Of a stretch of DNA of 64,000 bases, positions 12,877 to 24,481 are shown one piece after another. The number at the start of each line of letters is the position of its first letter. Position 1 is the stretch's first letter. The notes below the pieces were generated by a model. The model made no database searches. It was given only the letters and a program-made list of their open reading frames with translations, and was not told where the DNA came from. Source of the stretch: Trichoplax adhaerens (lineage: Eukaryota > Animalia > Placozoa); the NCBI RefSeq assembly GCF_000150275.1, contig NW_002060955.1:1696024-1760023 (forward strand), given 5' to 3'. Made by a program: the position numbers and the translations under genes.

Positions 12877-15615
12877 CGATTAATAGCATACGTAATATTA
12901 TGACATTGGATGAAATTAAACAGTTAGCCAAAGATTGCGGATTGTATGAAGATGACGAAACATTTCAAAGTACAGTATGCTACAATACTTACATGATATA
13001 GGTGAAATCGAATATTGTAAGAAGAAAGAGCTCGATGGCGTGATTGTAATCAATCTTGACTGGCTATTCAGAATATTTCGGTTATTTATTAGAATTGATG
13101 GTGATAAACACGTTTACAGATATGCAGGAGTAGATGATTGCTTTGAAACGGCTTATAAGACAAATATAATGTCAGGATTGCGTTTCGAGCACGCCATAGC
13201 GAAGTTTAAGTTAGATAAGAAAGAGAGAGAGTTTATTTTACAGTTAATGGAAAGTTATCATATCGTTTGCAAGATTGACAATGAAAACAGCGATCATGAC
13301 GGTCGCTATAGTGGGCAATATTTTGTGCCATATTTACTGCGTTCTTCTACGGAGTTACGCCTTACTAATTATTTTCAATCAGCTTGGTTATATATTGGAT
13401 ACGAAAGAGCATCGTATAGTCCGGATGGAATATTTTATTGCCATTTATCAGCGTGTTTAAAAATGTGGAAGAATCCACAAGTAGAAGTCTATCGTCGATG
13501 CGTAAAATATTACATACAGGATTATCAATGTGAGATTATTATCAAGAAAGAGGGCGGTTACATAGGCTTACAATACTACTATACGATGCCTTCTAAAGAT
13601 CTAATAGCGGACGCTGAGGAGTGTATTAAATAGGTAATTAATGTGATTAAACCTCATAACATGATAAAGGAGAAGTTAAAAGAAGTAGTGACAGATAGAA
13701 TGCCAAAGTATGAGTCTACAAAATATGAATTTTATGTAGAATGCTCTGAATGTAATGAGCTAACCAAGTGGTTAATCACATAACCGGTAAGAAAAATATA
13801 ATCCAGTACTTGGAGTGTAAGGAATTTTTTCAATCGAAACCACTTCGTGAATGGCAAATGCTTGAGAAAGAGAAATTAGCAGGTATGATACAGCATCAAG
13901 TTGAGAATAGAAATTTTATTATTTGTTTTATGTATTGTTAATTTCTGGATTGTTTACCTGGCTAGGTGTACATACAATGTAAAAAGTGCGCAGGTGGAAG
14001 TAGTACCGAATATTAATAAATAGAGGGCATAAATTTTTACTATGATACATTTTACGCTTTGAATGATGGAAATTGCAATAGTGCAAACTTATATTCAATA
14101 GCATATACAGTATATTCAAAATGCAAGTGACTTTTAAAACATAAACGCTCCCTTCTTGATTTTACTTTACTAGCCATTTTAATTGTTATATATTGTAGTA
14201 GAGGGGAATTATATGAGGGTTAGGCGAATTAGTTAGGTTTGCACAAGAAATTTTATCAATTAGGAACTATAATAACCATAATCGTTTATCACATAAATAA
14301 ATGATAGTTGCGTTTATCAAACCAACACTTTATCGTGTACCGTATTTGCTAATAGAAAATTGCAATTATCAGTATTGAAGAATTTGATTGAGTGGTCCCG
14401 TTGATTAATTATTTAGATCAACCACAACGATTCCAACAGGAATATGAGATACCAATAACATCTGGTAAACTATGTAATTTTATTTGTGTATGAAATCTTA
14501 TAGTAAAATTGGTATGATCTATAATTCATCTTTGATCCCTTTTAACGAATGTTACTATATTCTTAGAAAAAGTACTATCTTGCATTTCACTTATCAAATA
14601 CATATAAAGCCATATACCAAATTCTTTCCAGATTTCTGCAATTTATGACCTCAAAATGCATGATAATGTGAAATAAAAACAAGTTTGAAGTATCTAAACA
14701 GACTATCGTAATGATACTACATAATTTTTGTAAATGCCATCGTAATTAGTCGAGTAGTGATAAGAGTTTAAACATAAATCTCATTTATGCATTTAGAATA
14801 GTGCTATGATAGGCCAAAGTTGCTTAAATTGGACAAGTTGATAGAATTTGTCAAATTGATCCAATCTGTACCATTCTATTCTGTTATATTGACAAGATAT
14901 TAAGTGTAGAGTTCCTTTATTGATAGATCTTAAACCTATTGTACAAGAACCTGCTATTTTTCGACAAGGAGGAATGCAAACTCAATGGGCTATAGATCCA
15001 TTACAAGATGGTAAATTAATGATAATAGCCTATTTGTCACAGTTATTTTCCAAAGAACACAACAGCTTGAAATGCGACTTAGTACGGACAATAAGAACAA
15101 GATCTCAGAGGCCATACCATCTTGAAATTTAGAGCTGCATGTGTGCCTAGGATAAATTTTGACGTAATCATAATATTACGATATGAAATCTACCAGATAA
15201 AATAGCTAATGTGGTGTTTAGCTATTTCAGTAAAATAATACTTTATGCTCTTACACTATTACGCTCAATTAATTAATGCTATCATATTTGCATTTCAGAT
15301 AGTAAGAGAAATCAATGCTTTATCATTATTGCCGATAATATGGACGGAAAGAGGTTGAAAGAATTTGGTTTGAAGTTAGGCTTGTCTTCTATTGATGTTG
15401 AAGATATTGTCGATAACAGTGACGAAAGATTTGCAAAGTGCATGAACTTATTAAGAACATGGTATTCTAAATTTGCTCCAAAAGTCAATTGGAATAATCT
15501 ATTGGAAGCCTCACATACTTGTAAATTGGCAAATATAGGTGAAAAATTGGTAAAGACATTTACTGCTGATAGTAAATTCCATCTAAAATTATATACAAGA
15601 CTGAATCAAACATGA
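12877..15615 (+). pseudogene. Disabled ROCO-type COR + C-terminal death domain, copy 2 (no Roc domain seen)
   Basis: IMTLDEIKQLAKDCG, then a 5-bp frameshift at 12971-12977, then MLQYLHDIGEI..VIVINLDWL..YFVPYLL (12977-13633). An in-frame TAG at 13631 is followed by continued similarity to copy 1 (CSEC). Linker exons ~14418 and ~14927-15010. Death-domain exon ~15299-15615 (LKEFGLKLGLS..DI..NLLRTW..WNNLLEA). Confidence 0.8.
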
Positions 15616-15619
15616 AGGA

Positions 15620-16170
15620 AGAGTTGGTGTAGCAAGGCTACTCGAAACCTTAGCTTGCACACCGAATCGAACTTTAAGGAAGGATAGGAGCAGCTAGTCG
15701 AATAGAACACTGAATCAGATTTTAAGGACGAATAGGTCTAATAAGGGAAACTTTAGAGTAATCAATTCAATCTAATCGAATATAAGACTGAATTTAGCTT
15801 GAGGCAATAATACGGCTTATTCGAAATTTCTGATTGAATACCGAATCAACGTTGAAGGAAGGATAGGTGTTACCAGGCCTATTGGAAATAGTTTAAGGTG
15901 ATGGAAATAAAGTTGTAATCCGGCAGAATAGCAATTAGCGCCGTACGGTATTTATTGACAGATACGATCATGCCTTATTGATGACAGTTCCATCATTTCA
16001 CACCCATATGGACTTCAACAGAATAATAACTTAACTGACGATTGAAACTATGATCCAAATGAAGTTCTAATCAGGCGGACTAGCCATAAACACCGTCAGG
16101 TATTTATTGACAGAAAAGATTGCGCTTTGTAAACGGAAGTTCAATCTTTTTACACCCATATGGACGTCAA
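15620..16170. repeat. Short degenerate direct repeats (accgaatc..aaggaaggatagg) plus a ~150-bp tandem duplication
   Basis: Motif recurs at ~15661, ~15710 and ~15840. Block ggtatttattgacaga..cacccatatggac occurs at ~15947 and ~16099. Confidence 0.65.
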
Positions 16171-16818
16171 TTGTCTGAGAAATGTCATTAGCCCATCCAT
16201 AGATTGCTGCCTACAGCTTCAATCAATCTTCTATTTGTATCCTTTGAGATGGACAGCGAGCGCTTTCCAAATTGCACACTCGCATTCGTCATGATTGTCA
16301 ATGCTTGTATCGACTATTTTACTTTCAAAAGACATCATTACTTATCGTAGGGGCTGAAATCATTTAAAGGTTATTTACATTATTGTCGGTATGGTCATAT
16401 TCTATCTTTCTGTATGAAATATTTGGGTTGTAGTTATTGGATAGTCTAGTATATCAAGGACTGAGATGCCTGTAGACTAACAACCAAGTCTACTAGCTAT
16501 ATTCAATTAAAGCAAGCATACTACTAGGTATTACTGTTCTTTACATATTACCCAATGAACAAGTAAAATTGCTATCGTGCTCATTCCTTGCTAATATTCA
16601 TCTTCTTATCAACAAGGAGCTCGGTCATAGCTTATGATAGTTTAATCGCTACTAATCAGATTCTACCTTGAGTAGTATACCTAGAATAATTCTATTCAAT
16701 GAATGCGAGTAGCAACTCGAGATTACTCATCTTCATCGATTCAAAATTACCGGATGAAGGACCATTAGTATCGTTACTCATTGCTTGCTCATATCCCTAT
16801 AATGAACAAGTAGGAGCT

Positions 16819-17150
16819 TTACTCATGATATTTAAATCACTACTGTACAACGCTATTTGGGCATGATCGGGTTCTACCTGAATAGTATACTTACTTTATT
16901 TTACTCATGATATTTAAATCACTACTGTACAGTGCAACGCTATTTCGATATGATCCAATTCTACCTGAATAGTATACTTACTGTATTTTACTCATGATAT
17001 TTAAATCACTACTGTACATGCAACGCTATTTCGGCATGATCCGATTCTACCTGAATAGTATGTTTACTCTATTTTACTAATAATATTTAAATCACCACTA
17101 TACCACGTTATTTCGGCATGATTGGATTCCACTGAATAGTATATTTACTC
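16819..17150. repeat. ~85-bp tandem repeat, 4 copies
   Basis: Unit ttactcatgatatttaaatcactactgtac..ctacctgaatagtata. Copies differ at tactgta/tactgtacagtg/tactgtacatg. Confidence 0.9.
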
Positions 17151-18263
17151 TCTTCTACCAAATGTAACTCGTAACTATCATTATCTAATAGTAGCTTATT
17201 TAATGGTCATTACTAATGACATTGAAATCACTGCAAGGTCATTTACTTTAGACAAGATCAGATTGTACCTTGGTAGTATACGAATGAATGCAAAGGAGCA
17301 ACTACTTTAGGTACCACATTACTGTATTTACATATTGCTCAATGAGGCACCATTTGCTCTGCTACCATTCAATTCTTGCTGGTTCTTTCTATTATCCAAT
17401 AAGAGTTTGGTGATAGCAATTGGCAAATGATATTGAAAGCATCATCCTGGCAGACCGGATAATAAACTGTTCTAGAGTGTCGCTATCTGGGATCACTCCG
17501 CTTTGCTATAAGACAGGTATCACCTTGAAAGCGGAGTATTTTAGCGCATTGACTTGCTGTCGTAATATCGCCTGTCCTGTAAACTACTGCTTGTTACCTT
17601 GTAGGGTACGCGCCATAGAACGTGGGGAATCCTCGATATCGTACAATACTATTTACGGCGATCAAATGCTACAAATGTTCACGTGGATTAGGATGTGGTA
17701 TTAAAGTTATGTTCGTACTAGGGCTGATTTATTGTCACAGTTCTAATGTCTGGTTAACGTGTATATGATATCGCGCTTGGCTTGGGCTTCTAAATAAAGT
17801 AGACTAAAGGATAGTAAAGCTCAAAATCTCAGATTCTTGATCTCGTTCCACTTGCAACCAGTTCTCGATACTAATACCTACCCATATGACCTATAAGCAA
17901 AATGGAATATTTGCATCTCTGCAACTTGAGCAATGAAAGTGTAGTAAAACCGCCAAAGTGTATCCATCATGTACCGTACAGATATCCATTGCAAACTATT
18001 CTAGTCTGAAAATGGAGCACAACAAGGACATCGGTACAGCAGATCCACATTGGCTATAGAGAATTGTAATCCAATTATACGAGCATACGCGTCTTTAATT
18101 TTTGAATGACAGTATATATCTATACAACATTGATTCATTATCATTATTATTGAGCACCATTAGTGGGCTAGCCCATTTTTATCCCGTCAGTTTTCTCGAT
18201 TGAAAATATCCAACCCATGCCAGGCAGTTTGCAGTCTATCGGCCACCTGCTGCTAATAATATC

Positions 18264-18510
18264 ATCGAGCAGTACAGGCTAGTTCAGAAAGAAAAGATGA
18301 ACAAGAAATTGTCTCCAAATTGTCAGCCCAGCATGCTGCTCGCTACACAATCATCGGTTGCTACGTACACCATGATGTTGACTCAAATCGAGCAGTATAG
18401 TACAGGCTAGTTCAGAAAGAAAAGATGAGCAAGAAATTGTCTCTAAATTGTCAGCCAGCTTGCTACCCGCTACGCAATCATCGGTTGCCTCGATACGCCA
18501 TGATGTTTTC
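18264..18510. repeat. ~125-bp tandem duplication
   Basis: atcgagcagta..aggctagttcagaaagaaaagatga..caatcatcggttgcct occurs twice. The second copy carries an extra tagta. Confidence 0.9.
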
Positions 18511-21113
18511 CCAAATAGCAACTTGTGTGTCAGGACTTCAGTACTTTCTATGCGCTATACACTGTACAGAGAATGGCTGCGTACTGTAGAATTTGCCCTT
18601 TAGCACCTGTTGTGGATTTTGCATGGAGTTTCTTTACAGTACATTGTACTGGGTCCTCCAGGCAGGTACTGTACTCTCGGACAAGAAATTGCCTGAGGGG
18701 ATTTTCTGAAAGGAGATCAGAATGAACAAGCAAGGGGGAAAAAATGGCCGCAAAATAACCAGGTTAACACCTAGCGCCCTTCTAACTGCAGGGCTAGCAA
18801 AACTAGTTCAAAAATTGGAAGAAATGAAGTGGATCGTAATGATGATGATGGGAGTGGAATGCCACGCCAAACGGTAGTCCAGCATCAACAGATACAGTAG
18901 GCAGAACCATGACTGAGCATTGCATGCCTTGATTCTTAGCAGATACTGTATAGTGTATATCCTTGTTAATACATGGATAATCTCAATATCCCACTAAAGT
19001 AGAACAACAATCACTTACTGATGTCTTTAGCATGGTCTAGTAGTCAAGTAGACTCAAGACGCCACTGATAGTCGAAAGTAGTGACTGAGGTAGTAATCAC
19101 GGAAGGATTCAGCTGTCAGCACTATATAAACAACGGCTGCGAGAAGACGATTAATTCGATTATGTCATGGATCATATTCCAATGTTCATTTCTTCTTTTT
19201 ACTCGCATCTGACAGCGCCTTGGAAGAGCGTCGACGAAAACAGCTTACGGTTTGCTATACAGTCGACTATTTTCTGACACATGCTGTTCAAGACGAGTTG
19301 AAAGCTCTAGCCAATCGATCCCTAAACTATCAACAATATACGAACAAGGCGCAATATTGCTAGGATCAATCAGAATGTTTTTCAATCTTTTGACACAGCC
19401 TTTTTTTACTTCAAAGTTGCATTTTAATATGGGGTTCAATGTCCAACATGGACCACTACAAAACAATCAAATCAGACCAAACTATCCTTTTATCCAACAT
19501 TTTATTGCCATTGATATCAAAATTACACTACATAGAAAATGATACAGTAATGTTTTGCATACAAGTAGTAAAACCAAGAGTGTGAGCAGTACCTAATTCC
19601 ATTCTAATTATCAACATCAGGCAAAGGACGACCATTCCAACAGGATAGCTATTTGCACTTTGTGTCGTCCTTGTGCCAGTTACAATACAAAGAAACAGTA
19701 TCAATTTATTGTACATTCATGTTGAGGTAACATTCAATAGCTATTCGTTTATCTCATGGATATGAATACGCATTGAAACATTCTTTTCCATGAGTACTTG
19801 CTATACCGTGTAGAATTAAAATTGGCATGCTTGTAGCCTTTATTAGAAAGGAGAAAAAATTCCATGTCGTGGACATCCACTATCGTTGTAGCGCACAATC
19901 ATCAACTATTCTAGCTTCGAGGACAAACAAGACGATCTATTCAATCTATCGCCTTTTACGTACTATCTTTGCAATAGAATTGACAATATTCTCCATTGCA
20001 AGCCGGCAAGGAGTTGTTACAACAAATTAGAATAGTATAAATAAAATGCCAATGTCATTACAAAGTATGATACAGTGTAGGAATAAAAGTACAACTTGGG
20101 TAGGCGCTTTACAGCTCATCCATAACATGAATTCAATTGGACAAGCACCTTGCTGTCCATCAACATTGCAATGAAAATAGAAAAATGAAACAGGAATTCA
20201 ACAGTCTAATTGGAAATAGCCTACCATTACAATTGAATAGACTGTATATACAGGACCGACAAGACCGCCAAGTGATGGCGCATTAATACTTTATAACGGT
20301 TAATACACATTAATTCCGTTAGAATGCAAATTGAATCTTAGTCAATAAGACAGTTTTGAAATTAATTATCAGTCGATAGCGGAAAGTATTGATTGAACAA
20401 GATCAAGCGTCGTTGTAATACATTACTGTAACAGTTATGGGCAGAATTGAATGGGATGATTGTAATTTTGGACTATCAGATAGTCGCTATCATCATCACA
20501 GAAAATTAGATGATAGATTATTACGAATAACAATGCAACGTTCCACGGCGAGTCAACATGAATTCAAATCTCACTGTGATGATGCATGACCATGGTGTAG
20601 GCCTAATTTGGCACTAATTTTGGAACACTTTCATTTGTAGTTCCATTGGTGGTAGTAACATGGACATGATAGATTCATTTCTACCGTACGCGTATCACCA
20701 ACTTGAATAAAGTAGTACTATTTCTATTTTATGACAAGAAAAAAGCAAAAGGACAAATACTGGAAACTTGTTTAGGCTAACATTTAGATCAGAGTATAAA
20801 AGAGTTCATCTATATATATTAAATATATCGATTTGTTGACAATATAGGGTATCATTTTGAAGTTGTCTGTTGATTTACAATTGGATGATTGTTCTTCAAA
20901 CTGTTGTAAAACATGAATCCAACTAGACATACTTGCATGTGTTGTGTTGAATGTGATCATCATGTAGAATGACAACGATTGATCACTGGCATTTGCATGT
21001 TGACCAACATGGGGTAAAAATCCTACTGGTATCACTAGTGCAGTCCATCGATCACTTACTGGTCATGCCTAGGTATGGAGTCTACCATCGATTGATTTCA
21101 TGACAACATTGAA

Positions 21114-21728
21114 TTAAAATCGGGTTTTAGGCTTACTTTGCTCCCATTTGGCAATATTGGGCAAGCTGGAGACTTTATGATAAAGATCACGTAGTTTAGG
21201 ATGACTACACCTTAAATAGCGTTTACATAGATTGATCATACGATAAAATGCTAAATCGGCATAAGTTAGTTGGTCACCAAGTAAGAAATCTCCACCATCT
21301 CGAATATAGAATCGTTCTAAACGATCTAAGAAATCGGGCATAATACAATCGCGAAATTCACACTCCAAGCGTGTTTTCTTTTCTTCATTGCGCTCAAAGA
21401 AAGCAATCCGGTAAAATTTTTCAAGAATATCATTGCAAAAGGCGTCGGCTAACATATCCGCTTTGGCTTGCTCTAAACTATCTTTACCGGCTAATCCAGC
21501 CATTCTAGCGACATAGCGTACAATGGCAGAACTTTGGGCAATTTGGACACCATCGACTTCCAGTATGGGTACTTGGCCGAATAAGAAATCATTTTGTTCT
21601 TTGATGCGTGGCCAATCTTCTTTCTCAAATCGCACATCTTCAAATTCAATCTCGCCGTGGGCTAAAATAAGCCTGATTAATTCAGCGCGTAATTCAACAT
21701 TAAAATAAATCAATCTTATATGTGTCAT
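21114..21728 (-). CDS. Glutathione S-transferase, sigma/HPGDS-like, intronless
   Basis: MTHIRLIYFNVELRAELIRLIL..FEDVRF..DWP..FGQVPILEVDG..QSSAIVRY..LAGK..FLLGDQLTYADL. Likely start is the ATG at 21728; the ORF track begins at a non-ATG codon at 21812. Confidence 0.93.
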   Translation of the reverse strand: MTHIRLIYFNVELRAELIRLILAHGEIEFEDVRFEKEDWPRIKEQNDFLFGQVPILEVDGVQIAQSSAIVRYVARMAGLAGKDSLEQAKADMLADAFCNDILEKFYRIAFFERNEEKKTRLECEFRDCIMPDFLDRLERFYIRDGGDFLLGDQLTYADLAFYRMINLCKRYLRCSHPKLRDLYHKVSSLPNIAKWEQSKPKTRF

Positions 21729-22469
21729 TTTATGCTTGGATTCGGTGTTGATCAACGTTGATGTTGCTGCACATAGACTTGTAGCAATGATAAAATGTTG
21801 AAAAAAAAGCAATCTACTATCAACAATACGCCCAACAGCGTTGACTTTGGACAGTAATAGTGTAGGACTGGGTTGGATTTCCTGAATCGCACACGACCAG
21901 TACTACGACTACTACTACTATCAATTATAGATACTAATAATGACTAGAGCTATTGTCGATAATGACTCTGATGATGGATCGGTTTTGCCTTTCCTTCCCT
22001 TGAAGAATGATATCCAATTGGATTCTACTCTCGTCAATATTGCTTGTGAAGGCAAGACTAGGATCGTTGTGTGGAAAATTCTTTCTTGGCAGTGGCGATG
22101 AAACACTAGCGTATGCTATTGGTTTGACTATGCGATTGATGATGACTTGCTTGGCAACAAGGCGAAAAAAAAAAGGGCACAATTCCACCCAAGATCAAGT
22201 TCAGTGTCAATGATAGACAAGTGAGCTAAAAGAAAGACAAGTTGAACCTTGGTAATTTTGCTGTCAATCGGTTGAATTTTACACCAGTTAACTGACTACA
22301 AGAGAAAGATTGGAATGGCACCGAGCGTAATTGCTGACTAATATCCGCCTCGCCATTTTCTACCTGGTGTAGACGATGAACGTTCGTTAGTACTGATGAC
22401 GTTAGGCGATGGGTTGGCCCAATATATAAGGTATTGTATGATTTTGGATGGGGCCACTTTTCACCCCGA

Positions 22470-23260
22470 TAGTACAGTACATTGTACTCAAGGCAAGGCA
22501 AGTCATCCCGTCCACTTGGGTTCAGTATAATAGGATCAGAGGCAGGTTGTTTGTATACTCAGTATGGACTGGATGGTACTGTATGGGACGGTACGGTGGA
22601 GCGACGAAAGCAACAGAATCGCCTTAAAACAATGCGACTGGATAGGACGTACTGTAGACTGTACACTGTAGAGTACAGTACATTGTACCCAGCTCAAAGC
22701 AAGTCATTCTGTAGGCTTTGGTTCAGTACTGTTGGTTTGAGGCAGCTTGCTTGTACTGTATACTCAGTATGGACAGGATGGTACTGTATGGGACGGTACG
22801 ATGGAGTGACGAAGGCAACAGAATACTGTAGCATTAAAACAATGCGACTGGACAGGACGTACAGTACAGTACTGTAGACTGTACACTGTAGAGTACAGTA
22901 CATTGTACCCAGCTCAAAGCAAGTCATTCTGTAGGCTTTGGTTCAGTGCTGTTTGGTATGAGGCAGCTTGCTTGTATACTCAGTATAGACTGGATGGTAC
23001 TGTATGGGACGGTATATTGGAGCGACGAAGGCAAAAGAAAAGCGTTCAAACAATGCGGACTGGACAGGCCGTACTGTAGACTGTACACTGTGGAGTACAG
23101 TACATTGTACCCAGCTCAATGCAAGTCATCCTGTAGGCATTGGTCCAGTACTGTTGGGTATGAGGCAGCTTACTTCTATTCTCTGTATGGACTGGATGGT
23201 ACTGTATGGGATGGTAGCGTAGAGCGACGAAGGCATCAAAACAACACTACAGTACAGTAC
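22470..23260. repeat. ~200-bp tandem repeat, ~3.7 copies, rich in TACAGTA/TACTGTA
   Basis: Marker gtacagtacattgtac at 22472, 22673, 22893 and 23095, giving unit lengths of 201, 220 and 202 bp. Confidence 0.95.
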
Positions 23261-23964
23261 ACTGATCCTGGTGGTTACAGTGTACAATACCTACTGTACA
23301 GTACGGACTGTAAGTCTGGTATTGTACGAAGTGCTGCGTAATGCTTATGCAGGGAGTCCGGGAACGGATCATTTTTGCAACGTCATTCAACGTCATGATT
23401 ACAGCACAAACAGTCGATAGCACTCATTCACTCGACCAGGTGTTTCACGGATGCACACTTCAGTCTCGTACTGGACGTCGTTCCGTCTGTCCTGTCCAGT
23501 ACGAGATTTTCGACAGTAACATCATCCATGGATGAATGAATGACTTGCCATAACGTCATTCTACCCATTGATAGCTAGTACAGTACAGTACAGTACTGTC
23601 CGTTAGAAGTAGAGTCTTGCGTCTTCTATGTACCTACAGTACCGTCCTTGACACAACTTTCATCAAGCTCATCCGGACCGAGACCGGGACGGGACCCTGA
23701 TGGGACATACAGTACCGTACTGTACTCTGTATCCTTCTGACTAGAAAACCCTTTCCTCTTAATTACAGTAAATCAATAAAATCAATCAATCAATCAATCC
23801 AAAATCAAAATAGTCTCTGCCAATCATATTTCCTACTGCACTCGTACACTACAATAAATTTATCAATTCAATGCTCGACTACGGTAGGATGGTGTTTCAT
23901 TTAGACTGGATCGGAAGAGTGAACGGTTGACCAGTCCACCTCAGTAAACCAGCAAAATAGTCAG

Positions 23965-24431
23965 CATCTCCATCGATGACAATCACTGGCCAATCAGTCA
24001 GCATGCTGTATTGTACTGTACAAGTGTACAGTGTAATAAGGCAGCCCAATAACGCTTCTACACTACCAGTATACCATGTTCAGCATTTCCTTCCACAGCT
24101 GCCGCTCATCTACATGTTTTCAACTCTTCCACCAATAGTATCCGATCATGCTTCCACTGTTGATGGACCTTTCGCTGCCATTGCAGTCATGACACCCACT
24201 ATCCATCGATGACAACCACTGGCCTCTCTTTCATCCAGTGTTGGAGTAGCTACAGACTATGGCCAATTTGTCAGCATGCTGTACAGTGTAATAAGGCAAC
24301 CCAATAACGCTTCTACACTACCAGTATAGCATGTACAGCATTTCCTTCCATAGCTGCCGCTCATCTACATGTTTTCTTCTCTTCCACCAATAGTATCCGA
24401 TCATGCTTCCACTGTTGATGGACCTTTCGCT
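23965..24431. repeat. Tandem duplication of a ~200-bp block abutting the assembly gap
   Basis: gtcagcatgctgta..cccaataacgcttctacactaccagtat..gatggacctttcgct occurs twice. Confidence 0.85.
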
Positions 24432-24481
24432 NNNNNNNNNNNNNNNNNNNNNNNNNNNNNNNNNNNNNNNNNNNNNNNNNN
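24432..24481. other. Assembly gap (50 N)
   Basis: Run of n characters. Confidence 1.

Noticed and set aside
13631-13633. TAG as programmed readthrough
   Set aside because: The same copy has additional frameshifts, so pseudogenisation is the simpler explanation.
16819-17150. CRISPR-like periodicity here and at 37905-38410 and 41520-41755
   Set aside because: Whole units repeat with no unique spacers, there are no cas genes, and the context is eukaryotic.
17420-17704. Higher-GC ORF, and a stop-interrupted frame on the opposite strand
   Set aside because: No recognisable domain or consistent splice structure.
18396-18402. TATAGTA insertion as a further footprint
   Set aside because: It directly follows cagta and is equally explained by slippage plus a transition, so it was not counted as evidence.
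22482-23341. 131-aa ORFs rich in YCTV/TVQY
   Set aside because: They are translations of the TACAGTA-rich tandem repeat, and copies differ by frame-breaking 5-bp indels.
23965-24481. Duplication beside the gap as a biological event
   Set aside because: It could be an uncollapsed allele or scaffolding artefact, so it was given no independent weight.
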